Assembly: GCF_001194135.2 (NCBI RefSeq)
Contig: NC_068990.1
Span: 75,659,353-75,694,291, forward strand
Length of the DNA: 34,939 nucleotides
DNA from: Octopus bimaculoides
Taxonomy: Eukaryota
Reading direction: 5' to 3'
Shown here piece by piece: positions 1 to 11,522 of the stretch (within the stretch, counting starts at the first letter, position 1; the number at the start of each line of letters is the position of its first letter). Under the pieces are notes generated by a model. That model ran no database searches. It was not told the DNA's origin and worked only from the letters and a program-made list of their open reading frames with translations. The translations under genes and the position numbers were made by a program.

Positions 1-68
<68 letters not shown>
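1..68. repeat. compound (AC)n(AT)n microsatellite
   Basis: Direct reading of the sequence. Confidence 0.98.
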
Positions 69-71
<3 letters not shown>

Positions 72-1265
72 TACACGTACACTTACACATGCTGTGTAAT
101 TCTTCTAAGTAACATTAATTATATCAGAATTAGTTGAAATTATGTACATATATCTGTTTCTCCGCAATTTATTAGCTGTCTGGTACAACAATCCATGATT
201 TTTATATCCTTTCCCAGTGTTAGGAGTTTCTCTCACCCTCACTCAATCCATAGCTCATCACATTTGTTTGCTTGAGTAACTAATGTTGATTGGAAGGCTT
301 TATTGCTCAGAATAAAATGTGGGATCTCTTCCAATCTCCAAATGAGCTGATTATTGGGTTCCATACTTGTTTTTGTCTACAATCTGTGTTATGCATCAGT
401 GCAGAAAACATCCAGACCAGATATCCCTTATAGGTCAATAGCTGTCTCAAATACGTGGGCTACCATGACGCAAATTACATGCTTGTTGAGACAAATACGC
501 TTGAAATTCTTCAAAGGTGCTTCCATTGCGAAGACTTTTATTGAAATATTTGTATTATTGTGTACCGTACAAAGAGGTGACTGTTTCCCCATATATGATA
601 GATACATTAGTAAATGAGCACGATTGTTATATTTCGAAGCCTTCATCTTATTCAATGAAATGTATGACGCTCTTTATAGAAGTAGAATTTCTTCCATACA
701 ACACCTAGCATTGGTCGCTAGAACCAGTGAACTCAAGGGTATTACTATTGACATTAACAAATTATTCAACGATTTCTGACGTGATCAACTTCTTTCTAGT
801 TTCGTAAACTCCACCCACATGTTATCTCTATTCATCTCCTATCTCCACTCATCGGTTACTTCCAATCATCACTTATTTCTGTCCATCTCTTATCTCTATC
901 CATTACGTTTCTTTTGAATCGAATGCATTATCACTCTGCTTAATTTCGATCTGTCCAGAAACGGAGCTTTCCTAATTTCAAATACACGTCGGTATATGTC
1001 ATTGTCGGCACTGCTATCCCTAACAATAAGTTACTTTTCTATGCAAATAATATGTTTATCTAATCCCCATTCTGAACATTTCTGGTCACAAACCTCACTA
1101 TTGACTACCGATACATGTCTTACAAGAAACGCTATTCTTCTATCAACAGAAATCGCGTTGAAATTCTCTAATGTGAATATGAAAACCAAAGCCCTTTCTA
1201 TAGGACCATTTGTTATCAGATATGTCTAGGACAGACAATAGCACCCTGTCAGCTCATTAATCTCA

Positions 1266-1455
1266 CGTGACGCCCAGTGTAGTAGTAGGGTGTTCAGTTT
1301 GTTATCATGAGGCTGTGGGATCAATTCCTAAACCGGGTGGAGTACGGTGATTTTGAACCGGACATTTGATTTCACTTTGTTTGTGTCAACTAATCAGCAA
1401 TGAGTACCAGTCAGACGCTAATGCAGCCCTCTCTATCTCCAGCTGCCATATGCTA
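1266..1455 (+). mobile_element. old tRNA-headed SINE (family D), degenerate
   Basis: Decayed A-box (GCCCAGTGTAG) and B-box (GGATCAATTCC), then a TTTCAC..TTG core. Collinear with 26682-26802. Confidence 0.55.
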
Positions 1456-2124
1456 GATGTTCCATCGGATCATGGTTGTTAGAGACAAACGAGTGTCTGC
1501 CTGTAGCAAAATAATGGTACATATTACCAAAACATACACTCAATCGAATCAGAGCTAACTGGGCCTTAAGTACAACATCTAAAGTATATTCATATCGAAC
1601 GCTCATCTAAAACATAGTAAAGACTGCATTCTTAAGGCTAAGTTATTTTCGGATATGATTTATCGCTGGCACAAATGCTCAAATGCACAAATTCACCAAG
1701 GAGTATGTATTATGGCTGTATTAACACATACAAGCACATATTACACATATAGACGATACTTAATCTACCGTCTGTCAAATTGTCAAACTTTCACACACAA
1801 TTCTCTATGCAATTTCATTCAAGCTCCCTCAATATAATGTTAGTGTTCCGGATCTTTGGGTAAACTCTGTTTTAGCATGCCTATGTATAAAATACGTCCT
1901 CGCTGTCAATATCCCATCTTTTTCCGAGTATAAAATATATGGGACTGCACTATCGAATGAGATTTTATTTCATGAAGACAATAGTTTGTGATGTGATGGA
2001 ATTTATCTGTTATTTTTAGTATGTCATGAAACCACACATAAGCTTTTTCGTTAGATGGTTGTTAGATATTTAGTTCAGGGCGATGCAATTTACTAATATA
2101 AACAATGAAAATAATCCTTTCTAC

Positions 2125-2430
2125 TAAAAGTACACGGCCAGAAATTTGAGGGTAGGGGACTAGTTGATTGCATCAACCCCAGTGTTGATGTAAAAGAAAA
2201 GATAAAATGCGAAGTTGACAACCGGTATAGGTTTGTTTAATCCCCTTGGGTTCCGCAAAGCGATTCAATGAAATAAATATCAGACTTAACAAAAGAAAAA
2301 AATAAAGAACTAGAATTCATTTCTTCGATTAAAACCTTCAATCACTGCTCCAGCAAGGCCGGAAAGATAAAATATAAAAGGCGAAATTGACTTCAAAGTA
2401 ATTTGAACTCAGAACCTAGGGACGGGCGAT
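2125..2430 (-). mobile_element. fragments of SINE family A (and a short family B tail piece)
   Basis: GAAATTTGAGGGTAGGGGACTAGTTGATTGCATCAACCCCAGT and AAAGGCGAAATTGAC..AATTTGAACTCAGAAC match the minus-strand copy at 3201-3416. Confidence 0.55.
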
Positions 2431-2479
2431 AAACAATGAGAATAATGATTTCAAATTTTGACACAAGGACAACAGTTTC

Positions 2480-2653
2480 TGAGGGGAAGAGGAAGTCGAG
2501 ACCATCGATCTCAGTACTTTACTGGTACTTATTTTATTGATCTAGAAATGATGAAAAGTCAACCTCAGCGAAATTTCAAAAAAGAACATAAAACCAGACG
2601 AAATGCCGCTAAGCAGTTTATCCGGCGTGCTAACGCTTCTGACTCCTTGCCGC
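2480..2653 (-). mobile_element. SINE family A copy
   Basis: ACTGGTACTTATTTTATTGA..GACGAAATGCCGCTAAGCA..GGCGTGCTAAC matches the other family A copies. Confidence 0.8.
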
Positions 2654-3200
2654 ATTATAAACAATAAAAAACGAAATTAATGTATATTCACTATTCAGAA
2701 ACGACACCTTAAAGAAACATTGGCTTAATCTTAGAACAAAAAGAGACCGAGTGAAAAAAGGCAAATATTATGAAACGTGGATACTAAAACTTACCTGGTA
2801 TCCTTCAACGAAATTAATTTACCTGCAGACTCACAGAAATAAAAATCAAATACATAAAGGAAACTCTAGTTTACTTCAGTTTTATTTAATTTTAATTATT
2901 TAATGGGTAAATTTTTTATTCATGTTTTGAATTTTTTCATTGTTTTTTATTTTATTCTTTTCACATCTTTCGCCTTTTGTTTTGTTATTCTTTATGACAT
3001 CATAATACAAAATATTTCTTGTATTCTATATATAAACATCTTCATTTTCTTTTGAATGGTTATGAATTCACAGAGAGTCTGCTTTGATCCTAACATCAAC
3101 ATTATGGAAGGACATACCGTTATTGACATGACTTGGAATTAACAAAATTTGAGAGGTTAAAGACAAGCTATCATTGTGATTTCTCGTTATTTATGAATTA

Positions 3201-3416
3201 ATCCTTTCTACTCTATGCACAAAGCTCGGTATTTTAGGGGAGGGGTCAGTCGGTTAGATCGCCCCTAGTACACAACTTATACTTAATTTATCAACCCCCG
3301 AAAGGATGAAAGGCAAACTCGACCTCGGCGGAATTTGAACTCAGAACACAAAGACAGACGAAATACCGCAAAGCATTTTGCCGGGCGTGCTAACATTTCT
3401 ACCAGCTCGTCGCCTT
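3201..3416 (-). mobile_element. SINE family A (AAGGCGGCGAGCTGGCAGAA head)
   Basis: Near-complete copy. The reverse complement gives AAGGCGACGAGCTGGTAGAA..GTTCTGAGTTCAAATTCCGCCGAGGTCGA with a tRNA-like B-box (GTTCAAATTCC). Confidence 0.9.
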
Positions 3417-3445
3417 ATGATTTATCATTTAGTATACGACAAAAG

Positions 3446-3579
3446 AAGGCGGCGAACTGCTTAGCGGCATCTCGTCTGCCGCTACGTTCTGAGTTCAAAT
3501 TCCGTCGAAGTCGACATTGCATTTCATCATTTCGGGATCGATTAAATAAGTACCAGTTACGCACTGGCGTCGATGTAAT
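3446..3579 (+). mobile_element. SINE family A, internally deleted, truncated by gap
   Basis: AAGGCGGCGAACTG..CTTAGCGGCATCTCGTCTGCCGCTACGTTCTGAGTTCAAATTCC..AAGTACCAGTTACGCACTGG. Confidence 0.9.
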
Positions 3580-4416
3580 NNNNNNNNNNNNNNNNNNNNN
3601 NNNNNNNNNNNNNNNNNNNNNNNNNNNNNNNNNNNNNNNNNNNNNNNNNNNNNNNNNNNNNNNNNNNNNNNNNNNNNNNNNNNNNNNNNNNNNNNNNNNN
3701 NNNNNNNNNNNNNNNNNNNNNNNNNNNNNNNNNNNNNNNNNNNNNNNNNNNNNNNNNNNNNNNNNNNNNNNNNNNNNNNNNNNNNNNNNNNNNNNNNNNN
3801 NNNNNNNNNNNNNNNNNNNNNNNNNNNNNNNNNNNNNNNNNNNNNNNNNNNNNNNNNNNNNNNNNNNNNNNNNNNNNNNNNNNNNNNNNNNNNNNNNNNN
3901 NNNNNNNNNNNNNNNNNNNNNNNNNNNNNNNNNNNNNNNNNNNNNNNNNNNNNNNNNNNNNNNNNNNNNNNNNNNNNNNNNNNNNNNNNNNNNNNNNNNN
4001 NNNNNNNNNNNNNNNNNNNNNNNNNNNNNNNNNNNNNNNNNNNNNNNNNNNNNNNNNNNNNNNNNNNNNNNNNNNNNNNNNNNNNNNNNNNNNNNNNNNN
4101 NNNNNNNNNNNNNNNNNNNNNNNNNNNNNNNNNNNNNNNNNNNNNNNNNNNNNNNNNNNNNNNNNNNNNNNNNNNNNNNNNNNNNNNNNNNNNNNNNNNN
4201 NNNNNNNNNNNNNNNNNNNNNNNNNNNNNNNNNNNNNNNNNNNNNNNNNNNNNNNNNNNNNNNNNNNNNNNNNNNNNNNNNNNNNNNNNNNNNNNNNNNN
4301 NNNNNNNNNNNNNNNNNNNNNNNNNNNNNNNNNNNNNNNNNNNNNNNNNNNNNNNNNNNNNNNNNNNNNNNNNNNNNNNNNNNNNNNNNNNNNNNNNNNN
4401 NNNNNNNNNNNNNNNG
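3580..4416. other. assembly gap (others: 7069-7385, 10058-10885, 12001-12010, 13918-14734, 16994-17378, 25201-25573, 31167-31811, 32179-32188, 33004-33013, 33565-33924)
   Basis: Runs of N, almost all flanked by microsatellites. Confidence 1.
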
Positions 4417-4449
4417 TGCATCTGTGTATGTGTGTGTGTGTGTACAAAT

Positions 4450-4600
4450 ATACGACGGGCTTCGTTCAGTTTCCGTCCGCCAAAACACACTCAGAAGGCT
4501 TTGGTCGTCTCGGCTCTATAGTAAAAGTCATTCAAAATACTCCGCACTAGAACTGAAGCCGAGACCATGTGGTCAATCACGTAAGTTCTTACCATACAGC
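4450..4600 (-). mobile_element. SINE family B head, diverged
   Basis: GACGGGCTTCGTTCAGTTTCCGTC..GGCTTTGGTCG..CTATAGTA..ACCATGTGG..TTCTTACCATACAGCC parallels 5099-5261. Confidence 0.75.
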
Positions 4601-4831
4601 CTCGACGTAGTTTTGATTCTCCATCGACGTCGGCTATCAGCAGTCTAGAGTTCGAATCGAACAATTGAATACCTCGTTCTGAAAATAACCTGAATGTGCA
4701 AGAGACTGAAATATACCACACACACACACACACACATACACATACACACACGTAATGCCTGTTGGGCGGTATGGACATTGATGTCCTTTAAGCAACATTC
4801 ACTCTACTCACAATTTAAACTCTCTCTCTCT

Positions 4832-5042
4832 CTCTTTTACTCTTTTACCTGTTTCAGTCATGCGATTGCGGCCATGCTGGAGCACCGCCTTTTAGTCGAG
4901 CAAATCGACCCCAGGACTTATTCTTTGGAAGCCTAGTACTTATTTTATCGGTCTCTTCATACCGAACCGCTAAGTTACTGGGACGTAAACACATCAGCAT
5001 TGGTTGTGAAGTGATGTTGGTGGGGGGACAAACACAGATACA

Positions 5043-5090
<48 letters not shown>

Positions 5091-5261
5091 CATATATACG
5101 ACGGGCTTCTTTCAGTTTCCGCCTACCAAATCCACTCACAAGGCTATGGTCGGCCTGAGGCTATACTAGAAGACACTTGCCCAAGGTGCCACGCAGTGGG
5201 AATGAACCCGGAACCATGTAGTTGGTGGGCAAGCTACTTACCACACAACCACTCCTGCGCC
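4832..5261 (-). mobile_element. full-length SINE family B with internal (TA)n(TG)n linker
   Basis: Minus strand reads GGCGCAGGAGTGGTTGTGTGGTAAG..GGTTCCGGGTTCATTCCC (tRNA-like head), then a central microsatellite, then a 3' domain ending in GACTGAAACAGG(TAAAAGAG)n. Confidence 0.92.
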
Positions 5262-5285
5262 TTTTATTTACTCAGTCATGACACT

Positions 5286-5291
5286 GTAGTG

Positions 5292-5337
<46 letters not shown>

Positions 5338-5353
5338 AAGTAGTAGTAGTAGT
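5286..5353. repeat. (TAG)n microsatellite
   Basis: Direct reading. Confidence 0.97.
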
Positions 5354-5381
5354 ATAAATATTGTATTACTATAAATCTATA

Positions 5382-5519
5382 AAGTGGACATCTGTTTTGC
5401 TAGAAGACCAGCTACAGTTTGACCACTAAGAAGAATGTTCTCAAGTGGTCTTTGCTGAATTTTCTTGAGAACATACTTCTTAGTAGCTGGTCTTCTTCTA
5501 TCAAAAGGGATGTCCACTT
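5382..5519. mobile_element. fold-back / MITE-like inverted repeat
   Basis: Nested inverted arms AAGTGGACATC/GATGTCCACTT, GAAGACCAGCTAC/GTAGCTGGTCTTC and AAGAAGAATGTTCTCAAG/CTTGAGAACATACTTCTT. Confidence 0.7.
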
Positions 5520-7018
5520 AGTGGACATGAAGATTCTCAGAAGAACACATATTTCCTGTGAAAAATTAAAGAAACGTCAAATGTCATTTATATATTGAAA
5601 TTTTATTAAGACTTTGCTGTACACATTATAATAATAGCTGATGCGATCGTGCTTTTCCATTTTTCTTTTTATTTAGATAAGCTTTTTATTTCAGTAATAG
5701 GAAACCTGATATTTAGAATGGGATTTACGTTAGAAAGGTCTTACATCAGATATTCATGTGATCTGCATTTGTCACTATGGTTAATCTCAACTAACACAGG
5801 TGTTAACAAATTGCGAGCGTTCGTGGGCATGTACAGTGGCGTCGGTGTGCAGTGCTCGTATAGCACGCTTGTGTGATTGGTAGAAACAGTAGGGAATTAA
5901 ACATGAGAGCATTTACACTCAAGAACCTTTTTATATTCATTTAGCAGGATATTTTAACGAATCGCTAACGAATATTCTTCATTGAAGGAGGTATATAATT
6001 TTTTTCCATAAAACAACCAACTCTAGAAGATATTCTGGGAAATCAGAATTTAAGTATCTTTGCCAAGAAACAGTTCGAAGCATTAGTTGTTTTTATTTTT
6101 CTACAATCTGAAATGCTTAAAATTTTCAGATCTTGTATACGTTTTGCCTTAACAAAATTTTAATATGTTGCTGGATATGAAGAGTAAAAACAACGTTAGT
6201 GATATATAACCAATTCCACTTTGTGATATCGACAGATTTACAAAGAAAATGCTGGTATAGAGACCTTAGAATCGTAGTTTAGATTTTAAGGTAGGTCATT
6301 TACATTCAACGGTTTTTTAGCTTTAATTTTTGGAGTAAAACGTCTCTTTAAAATATTTTCCCACAAAATATAGATACACACAACTAGAATAAACATTTTG
6401 CCTACTCACTACGCTAATATATTTGGATAATATATATATTAGCAATTACGAAAATCTATTGGCCCGTTAAAGAAGGCGCATTCCTCTAATTCCAAGGCTC
6501 CAGATGAGTGATTTCCATTACAGCGCTGTTTTGTTGATTTTCAACAAATGCTCGGAATTTGTGGTGTTTTTGAAGACACAACGATTGTTAGATGCTGGGA
6601 AATTTCCAGGTAGAATTTTGTTTAAAATAACTTGTTTCTTTCATAGTTCGCTTTCAGATCTCCGAAAGATAATCATATGACTGATTAAATAATAAGACAA
6701 AATCACCAGCACAAAACCTTCGTTAACATTAGTTTCCTAGCTTGTTTGGTATGTTTCATACATGAGATGCTGAAGAATGAAAATATTATGCTTTGTATAC
6801 AGCAATAGAATAGAAGAGTACTTCACAATTTTTCTAACATTACTTTCTTTTGGCAATTTTGATGATTAATTGTATTCTGATTTGTTGGCAAATACTTTTG
6901 CTTATGCATTGTAAAACTGTTTCTTTCATTCATTCGTTAGGGCAATCGGGAACGTGAATCTCGGTGTTATGATTTAAGGTGCCGCCACTTTTAATAAATA
7001 TGTGTGTATGAGGACAAA

Positions 7019-7068
<50 letters not shown>

Positions 7069-8229
7069 NNNNNNNNNNNNNNNNNNNNNNNNNNNNNNNN
7101 NNNNNNNNNNNNNNNNNNNNNNNNNNNNNNNNNNNNNNNNNNNNNNNNNNNNNNNNNNNNNNNNNNNNNNNNNNNNNNNNNNNNNNNNNNNNNNNNNNNN
7201 NNNNNNNNNNNNNNNNNNNNNNNNNNNNNNNNNNNNNNNNNNNNNNNNNNNNNNNNNNNNNNNNNNNNNNNNNNNNNNNNNNNNNNNNNNNNNNNNNNNN
7301 NNNNNNNNNNNNNNNNNNNNNNNNNNNNNNNNNNNNNNNNNNNNNNNNNNNNNNNNNNNNNNNNNNNNNNNNNNNNNNNNNNNNNTATATATATATATAT
7401 ATATATATGCATATATACTAAAATCAAAAGATGACACAAAAAGATTACGTCAAAAGATGATAGATTTTAGAAAGAAAACCAATAAATAATAAAATATAAG
7501 ACAAAATGATGATACAAAAACTAGTAGAAAATAAGCTCTTACTGTCTGTGACAGACTTTACAATAGCGAACTGACTACAAAATAATAATTGCCAAAAAAA
7601 ATTCTGTTCCATTTTTTTTATCTTACAAAATCTTATTTTAACAAAGGCTTCACACACAGATATCAACTTTTGAAGATAAGGTAACTGTCATCTATTGGAG
7701 TGATGTTTTTGGGGAAATTTTATATATTATTTTCGGTAATTTTACCAAAGGACTTTTATTTTGATTTTCATACGTCGATGTTTTATGTAGATTATATATA
7801 TTTGTCATTGGTCACAATGATATTTTAATCTAAGATTTGGATTTTGGCGACAAATTAGTGCAAAAAATAAAACATTTAGATAATATTCTAGAAATATATA
7901 CATATATACAGGTACTGTCATAGTTATTTAGCCATGTTTGTAGGTTATGTCCATACTGTAAGGCATAAACCTTAGAAATGCAGATAGTGATGGATACTGA
8001 TGGATCAAAGGAGAAAGCTCCTCTTCAGGATATGGATCTCTCTTTGTCGGTCAACAATCTGCTGGTCTACATAGAATATATTTTTTCATACTACAATGGA
8101 ATGTAAAGTTCTAAGTTCCGATATACTGAATATTGAGCATGTTTTCAATAAGGACTACATATATATGTTGTGTGCATGTATTAGTGTGTACTTGCATACA
8201 AATACAAAGAAGAGACATAACTTTCAAAG

Positions 8230-8760
8230 AAGTACAAAACTTTAATCTCCGTCAAAGTATGATCCTCTAATTTAAACGCTCTTGCTGTAACGCTCCAGCC
8301 TCTTCGTGAAGTCCCCAGGAAAGTTCTTTGGATCGAAAGTTGTCACGACCATGTAATAGCCTCCTTAACCTTCTCCTTTAGCGTGGGAATGAAGTCACAA
8401 GGATCAAGTTCTGGCATGTAGGTAGAGTGAAGGACAGTTTTGATATCCATCTCTCTGAAGTAGTTAGTTACCAAGATCGTTTCCTCGGTGCGGATGCTCT
8501 CGGCTTTGGTAACAGCTTGGCCAGGAGAATTCCAGTGGATACAGACGATGCCGTTACTGTCGAGGGAGGGAATCATCATAAGCTTCTCGATGGACTTGTT
8601 TTCTCTAGCCTCTTCTGCCAGCGAAATATTGATGCTCGGCTCATACAATTTTAATCCATAAGCATTTTATATTTCATAAAGCATTTCATATGTTTCTCTA
8701 ACGATTTTGCCTAACTTAACACAAAACTTTATTCCATAGCGAGCTTCCAAATTGTTATCT
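8230..8760 (-). mobile_element. mariner transposon relic, internally deleted
   Basis: Minus-strand translations give KFCVKLGK (N-terminus), KLMMIPSLDSNGIVCIHW..PGQAV, and DIKTVLHSTYMPELDPCDF (degenerate HPPYSPDLAPCDF). Confidence 0.85.
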
Positions 8761-9021
8761 CGTCCCGACTGTATTCTGCAAATTACTCACCAGTGAGAAG
8801 CAGTGTTTAGTTAAGTGCGTTCAAAGTGATGTTACAATTGTCTCCTTTAATTTCGATTTTTTTTTAATGTCAGCAGGTTAGCTTACTAGATGTATTGCAA
8901 TGATATGCAAAATTACAATATTCTAGGTCAGTTACGGCTGCTTCTCCTAAAACAGCCTCAAAACATTTGAAATGCACCTCACATATGCATAGACAGACAG
9001 ACAGACAGATATATATAGATA

Positions 9022-9228
9022 TTCTTTTATTCTTTTAATTTGTGTCAGTCATTTGACTACGGCCATGTAGGAGCACCGCCTTTAGTTGAAAAAAAATTAC
9101 CCCAGGACTTATTCTTTGCAAGCCTAGTACTTAATTGATCGGTCTCTTTTGCCGAACAGTTAAGTTACAGGGACGTAAACACACCAACATCGGTTGTCAA
9201 TCGATGGTGGAGGGACAAACACAGACAA
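9022..9228 (-). mobile_element. SINE family B 3' domain
   Basis: CAGTCATTTGACTACGGCCATGTAGGAGCACCGCC..CCCCAGGACTTATTCTTTG..TAAGTTACAGGGACGTAAACACACC matches 4850-5035. Confidence 0.88.
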
Positions 9229-10907
9229 TCGTTTTAGTCACCTAAAATAAATAAAATGTGTCCTGTTAAAAATAGCATTCTATATATCTAACTTAACGTG
9301 GATATACATATAGAATGCCACGAAACTGCAGCATTCATTTAGGGAAAGCTTTTCCTATAAAGGTATAGTGCTAGACAGTAACGATGTGTATCAGTGATAG
9401 AGGAAACGTGTCCAGCAGTATTGGTGGATTTATTGAATTATTATTTCTATGACATTGCAATTTCTATGCATTTTAACTGTATACGTCTACACGGCAAGCT
9501 TTCTCGCGATGAAGACTGCAGTTGTGTAGCTTTCTATAGTATGCCCACATTAAGTAAAATGTACAGAATATTGTTCTGAACCGAAACTGTAATGTTAATA
9601 TTTCTGTTATCTTGCGAGATGACAAAATTTTTATCATACCAACGTAGAACGATCAATAATAATAATGAATTGAAACTTTTTGGAACTTAGTTATTATAGA
9701 GTATTTATTACAGCTTCAGCTGTTGTGGAACTGTGTCTGTAGCAAGCTCACTATGGTAATTTTATTCTTAATTCACTAAACAAAAGAAAAATAAATATAG
9801 AATTGCTTGTGCGTTGTGAGCTGGCAAAAAGAAGTGTTGTACGATGTTATTGCTTTAGGTTTCAACAAATGACCAGTAATGAGGTCAATTGTTGCACAAA
9901 TAGGAGTCGGAAAGAATCTTATGATTCTTTGCATAGACAAACACGTACACATACAAAAGAACACACACACACAACATGCAGACACACACACACGCACGCA
10001 TATAATTATAGAATACATACATACATATATACGTATACATATATATATATATATATANNNNNNNNNNNNNNNNNNNNNNNNNNNNNNNNNNNNNNNNNNN
10101 NNNNNNNNNNNNNNNNNNNNNNNNNNNNNNNNNNNNNNNNNNNNNNNNNNNNNNNNNNNNNNNNNNNNNNNNNNNNNNNNNNNNNNNNNNNNNNNNNNNN
10201 NNNNNNNNNNNNNNNNNNNNNNNNNNNNNNNNNNNNNNNNNNNNNNNNNNNNNNNNNNNNNNNNNNNNNNNNNNNNNNNNNNNNNNNNNNNNNNNNNNNN
10301 NNNNNNNNNNNNNNNNNNNNNNNNNNNNNNNNNNNNNNNNNNNNNNNNNNNNNNNNNNNNNNNNNNNNNNNNNNNNNNNNNNNNNNNNNNNNNNNNNNNN
10401 NNNNNNNNNNNNNNNNNNNNNNNNNNNNNNNNNNNNNNNNNNNNNNNNNNNNNNNNNNNNNNNNNNNNNNNNNNNNNNNNNNNNNNNNNNNNNNNNNNNN
10501 NNNNNNNNNNNNNNNNNNNNNNNNNNNNNNNNNNNNNNNNNNNNNNNNNNNNNNNNNNNNNNNNNNNNNNNNNNNNNNNNNNNNNNNNNNNNNNNNNNNN
10601 NNNNNNNNNNNNNNNNNNNNNNNNNNNNNNNNNNNNNNNNNNNNNNNNNNNNNNNNNNNNNNNNNNNNNNNNNNNNNNNNNNNNNNNNNNNNNNNNNNNN
10701 NNNNNNNNNNNNNNNNNNNNNNNNNNNNNNNNNNNNNNNNNNNNNNNNNNNNNNNNNNNNNNNNNNNNNNNNNNNNNNNNNNNNNNNNNNNNNNNNNNNN
10801 NNNNNNNNNNNNNNNNNNNNNNNNNNNNNNNNNNNNNNNNNNNNNNNNNNNNNNNNNNNNNNNNNNNNNNNNNNNNNNNNNNNNNGTATATATACATCCA
10901 GACGAAT

Positions 10908-10908
10908 A

Positions 10909-10956
<48 letters not shown>

Positions 10957-10961
10957 TATTA
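10908..10961. repeat. (ATT)n microsatellite
   Basis: Direct reading. Confidence 0.96.
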
Positions 10962-11329
10962 TAAGCAAGATACACCTTAAATATAATTTGTAAACAATCT
11001 AAAATGAGGAAAGAAGAAATATATTATGAATATTCCTTGTTTATACAATAATTCTACATAACATTACCTACTTAAAATATTTGGACCTTTTTTTTTTTTC
11101 GAGAATGCTTTTGCACTAAATAACCGCAAAGATTGGGACAAACAAGTGCTTTCGTTTCCAGCCGACGCTTTTCAGTGAATAAAGTTTTGTGTCGTGGTCT
11201 TCCAATTATTTTTTGCTGAATATTTTATGAATTTCTAATATAATAATCGGCTTTTTGAAATATTTTAAGTCAATGTTTGAAATTCAAGTACAACGTCATA
11301 ACGACAATTTTCGAATGCCCTAAGTATCG

Positions 11330-11522
11330 AGCAGCCAGGGTATCCATCACCCTGCTAAATATAAAAGCTAAATCTTATTCGAAACACACTCTGTTGACTT
11401 AAAGAAAATGTACGTTTGGTTATATAATCTTAACTATAAAAATGAAGGAATAGCCGCAGATAGAATGCTTCTAATCATTAAACTTCTCAATCGAGCCTGG
11501 CATGAAGCTAAACAGCAAAAAT
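11330..11522 (+). mobile_element. probable old SINE 3' tail ending in GCTAAACA(GC)AAAA
   Basis: Resembles from memory a common octopus repeat tail (CACCCT..GCTA..AAATC..CACAC..GTCTTAAA..GGAATGC..ATCAT..GCTAAACAACAAC). Not verified by search. Confidence 0.35.

Noticed and set aside
200-1230. Possible very old minus-strand LINE remnants (e.g. DKRWTEISDDWK near 850-900)
   Set aside because: Only isolated motif-like words with no continuous homology I can defend.
3335-4648. Long track ORFs of 140-440 aa (also near 7.0, 9.8-11.0, 13.8-15.0, 16.9-17.5, 25.0-25.7, 31.9-32.4 and 33.5-34.0 kb)
   Set aside because: They are open only because they run through N-gaps and stop-free microsatellites (YIYI, THTH, VCVC, LSIY).
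6503-6660. Plus-strand open frame MSDFHYSAVFVDFQQMLGICGVFEDTTIVRCWEIS ending at CAG|GTAGAA
   Set aside because: Unrecognised peptide, a weak donor, and the following apparent intron would be only about 37 nt.
8005-8028. Minus-strand CUGAAGA-GGAG-CUUU-CUCC resembling a hammerhead start
   Set aside because: No GAAA follows the stem (UUUGAUCC instead), and there is no stem III or cleavage triplet. It is just a small hairpin.
9714-9755. 42-nt plus-strand segment reading FSCCG (tetraspanin-like CCG)
   Set aside because: A single short motif with no supporting exons, and two frames are open by chance.
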